A stretch of DNA of 64,000 nt, from NCBI RefSeq assembly GCF_009914755.1, contig NC_060929.1; one strand, written 5' to 3'. The stretch comes from the human T2T-CHM13v2.0 reference genome, Homo sapiens. How positions within the stretch are numbered: the first letter of the stretch is position 1; each line of letters starts with the position of its first letter. Under the pieces are notes generated by a model. That model was not told where the DNA came from. It did not search any database and saw only the letters and a list, made by a program, of their open reading frames with translations. The position numbers were made by a program, and so were the translations under genes. Below are positions 60,765-64,000 of this stretch, one piece after another.

Positions 60765-63700
60765 TATGCCTTTATGTTATTATGAGGAAGGTCAGCCTTT
60801 TTCATAAGTTTAAGGACAATTGCTTGCTTTTTTTTTTTTTAACTGTCTCTTTACATCTTTTCCCAACTGGTATTTGGTGCCTTTCTTCCCAGTTTTTAAG
60901 AACTGTTTGTTAATTAGGAGATTATGATATATTTTGTGGTATAAATTGCAAATATTTCTTTCAGGTTTTAAATTTGTTTTATGACTTTTCCTTTTTTTGC
61001 TTTGAGCAAGTTCTTTTTATTTTTATGTAGTCAAATTTGTCAGTCTTTTATTATTTTTTTCAGTGCTTTGGGATTTATAATCATCTCTAGAAAGGCGTTT
61101 CTCACTCCAAGTTTATAATGAAGTGAATTCCTGTTTTCTTCTGTGGTTTCACCTTTCACATTTAGATATCTGGATTATTTGGATTTCTTTCTGATATTCA
61201 GTGTGAAATGTGGACCCAATTTTTACTTTTACCCAAATGACTATCCAGTTATTTCGACATTATTCTTTAAAAGCATATGTTTAGTGGTAATTTTTGGTGC
61301 CACTTAACTTTTCGTATATAATTGTCCTATTTCTCCTGAATTTTTCTATTCTCTTCTATCATTGTATCGGTCTACTTATGTATTAATGAATAGATGCTTT
61401 TTAAATTATAAGGACTTTATGAAATGTTTTAATAGCTTATTGGACTAGTTTCTCTCATTCTTCTTTTCCAGAGTTTTCTTAGCTTTCCCTGCTTGCTCAT
61501 TTTCCACAGAAACTTTGAATCAATAGTCTACTTTGGGGAAAAAAGCTTGGCATTTTCATTAGAATCACATTAAATTTATTAACTTGGAAAGAATTAATAT
61601 GTGTATGAGGTGCCGTTGTCCTATCCACGAACAAAGCATATTTACATTTGTTTACATTTGTTCTAGTCCACTTTTGCATCTTTGAAAATTAAAGATTTTA
61701 AGTTTATTCTTGAGTTTAACAATATTTACTGCAACTGTAAGCTGGATTTCCTCTTCCTTTATATCTTCTAGCTTATTTTTCTTTGAATATATAAAGACAA
61801 TCGCTTTTCTTTATTGCTACTTGGGTCATTTTTCTTAATTTTGATATTATTTTTAGAATGATTATCTTAGGGTTTCCATTTATAGTATATACTCTCTGAA
61901 AATAGATATCATGCTATCTCTTTCTATCCAATTCTCAGACTTACATTCTAGACAGGAAGAAGGAAAAGGGCTTTCATAGTTTGGGTTCCCATGAAATTAG
62001 ATCATGAGACAAGGACTTGGGTACAGGAGATAGGTTGTTTGGGAGGTGATCTCAAGAAGCCAAGTGACAGCGTCGAGAAAGTGAAATAGGAAAGGGAGAA
62101 AAGCCAACAGAGGGTGTTTTAGTGGTTAGTGCTGTGGGCAACTGGGCCTCACTCCAGCTGGGGACCTCTGAGGAATCTTATAGGACTGTCCTCAGAGTTT
62201 CCCTACTAAGGGGTGGGAAAGCTGAGTTATCTGTCTACCAAATCCCAAACCTCACTCGTTGAGCGTTGCTGTGGGGACATTAAACACCAGCTTTTATACG
62301 CTGCCCATACAATGGCTAAACAAGCTTCTAGAGAAAGCTGTTAGGTCAAGAAGCGGAACAGCATGGACACAGGTGGAGGCCGTCAGTGTAGATGGGTGAA
62401 CTCAGAGGCAGGACATCTACAATGTGTTGCTACAAAGGCAAAGAGCAAAAGGAGGATGACAGCAGACCTGCCACATTTAAAAAAGCTTTCCTATGAGTCC
62501 TCCCTACCCAATGCCCTCCTCTTAGGTATCATTGACTATAACTGAATCACACAGCCACCCCTAGCTACAAAGCATCCTGAAAATATACTTTATTGGGGTT
62601 ATTATGAGGATGAGTGGGTTAGTTGCTAGCATTGCCTGCCATACCAACCTGTCTTTTTAATTGTTCTTGTTTCTTGGTTCATAAGGTTCATAAAAATAGG
62701 CTTGGGTGCAAGCCTATTTTTCCTCTAAGTCTACATATTATTAAAATACTATTTGAAAATATTTTATAGTCAGTTTTACTGCACATTATTATATTCCCTC
62801 CCAATCTTCACTTAATTTTTTGAATTCTTAATCTGTCTTAGTCTTCTGATACTTATGTTTCTATTTTTTCTTCTTGTATCTCCTGTAGTCCTTCTAATGA
62901 ATGTTGATGCTGCGTTATTTAGGGTATAGAATATATAACTTAGATTTTCATTGTGGATTACACCTGTTATTATTGTAAAGTATACTTCCTGTTTAATTAT
63001 TTTTGCCCTGAATTCAATCTTATATTTAAAATCACTGTCTGGTGATTCCTTTTTGTTCACATTTATTCTGGTACGCCTTTGCCCAGCCTTGTAGTTTCAA
63101 CATTTTAGAATCACTTTGTTTAGGCCTGGCTCTCATCTGCACCATATAACTCAGTGTTGTTTCACGACCAATATGTGAGTCAAGTCACAGCCTTCTATTT
63201 TTTCTATTCCATTTCATTGTCAGTTTTTTGGAAAAAAAAAATACTCTACATTTACTGTCACCAGTTCCTGACTTTTCATTAGCTTCTCAAACCTTCCTTG
63301 ATCCTGAAGTACTCAGTAGCAGTGTGTTGAATGCAGAAAGGGGGTAGGTCAAGGAGAGTGGAAGAAGAACCTCTGCCTGTCTTCTCCACTGCTGGTTACT
63401 GATTCTGGGTCAGGAATAAGGAAAAGCTTTAAGTTGGACATGATATGATGGTTGTGATTTAGGGAACGCTGACGTTTCAATACCTGAAAATGAGTAGTAC
63501 TCAAGGTGATCAGAAAATATATGGGCTCCACCTAAGATATTATCTGAGAGAGGGAAGAGATATCTAACAGATTAAGTTTAAAAAGCAATCAGTAAGAGGA
63601 AAAAAGAGGCTATTTTCCAATTATAACCAAACAAGTTCAACCCAATTAATGAACTTGTTGCCCAGTGTTGCAACTAGTGATTTGATTTTCAAATCAAAGT

Positions 63701-64000
63701 GATCCTTACATAAGGATCACTATTGCAAACTGAACAGATGGTGAGACAGTTTTGATTCATTCTAAGGTCACAGAATAATTTGCTGAAAATGGGTGGAATT
63801 GTTCCAGAGAGTTACACAAAATCAAATGTCTTCATATGCCTGGGGACTGGATTTTTAAATAAGACTTAATTATAACAAAATATTTGTATTAATCTTTCAA
63901 ATACACCAACAAATGGATGATTTTACAGTGCCCTCTAGAATTCACCAGTATAAATGGACAAGGCAGGAATAAATTGTTTTTCACTGACTAGTGAAATCAC

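Overview
Human-like (primate) genomic DNA, about 64 kb, AT-rich and repeat-dense, with two CpG islands. It holds two tandem minus-strand protein-coding genes. The first is the complete CCDC112 coding sequence: 10 exons, 55867->27200, summing to 1590 nt = 529 aa plus stop, all GT-AG and phase-consistent. The second is the first three coding exons of PGGT1B (geranylgeranyltransferase type I beta; 22175->861, continuing off the left edge). An RPS2 processed pseudogene sits in the short intergenic gap. An HMGN1 processed pseudogene sits inside a deeply nested L1>LTR stack in CCDC112 intron 1. There are also about 18 Alu/FLAM copies, MLT1 LTRs, an LTR10-type solo LTR with an AP-1 tandem array, Tigger/MER DNA transposons and L1 fragments. 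No CRISPR array, tRNA, rRNA or prokaryote-style system is present, and I cannot claim a new biological system. The best unexplained signals are: (i) CCDC112 exon 9 and PGGT1B exon 2 are phase-compatible, allowing an in-frame read-through fusion; (ii) three non-tandem, locally templated insertions, one of which copies a real splice donor; (iii) an ultra-short polyadenylated retrocopy with its own target-site duplication (TSD) inside the HMGN1 pseudogene; (iv) a candidate poison exon in PGGT1B intron 3; (v) the LTR10 AP-1 repeat. Repeat subfamily names and parent-gene comparisons come from recalled consensus sequences, not from a search.
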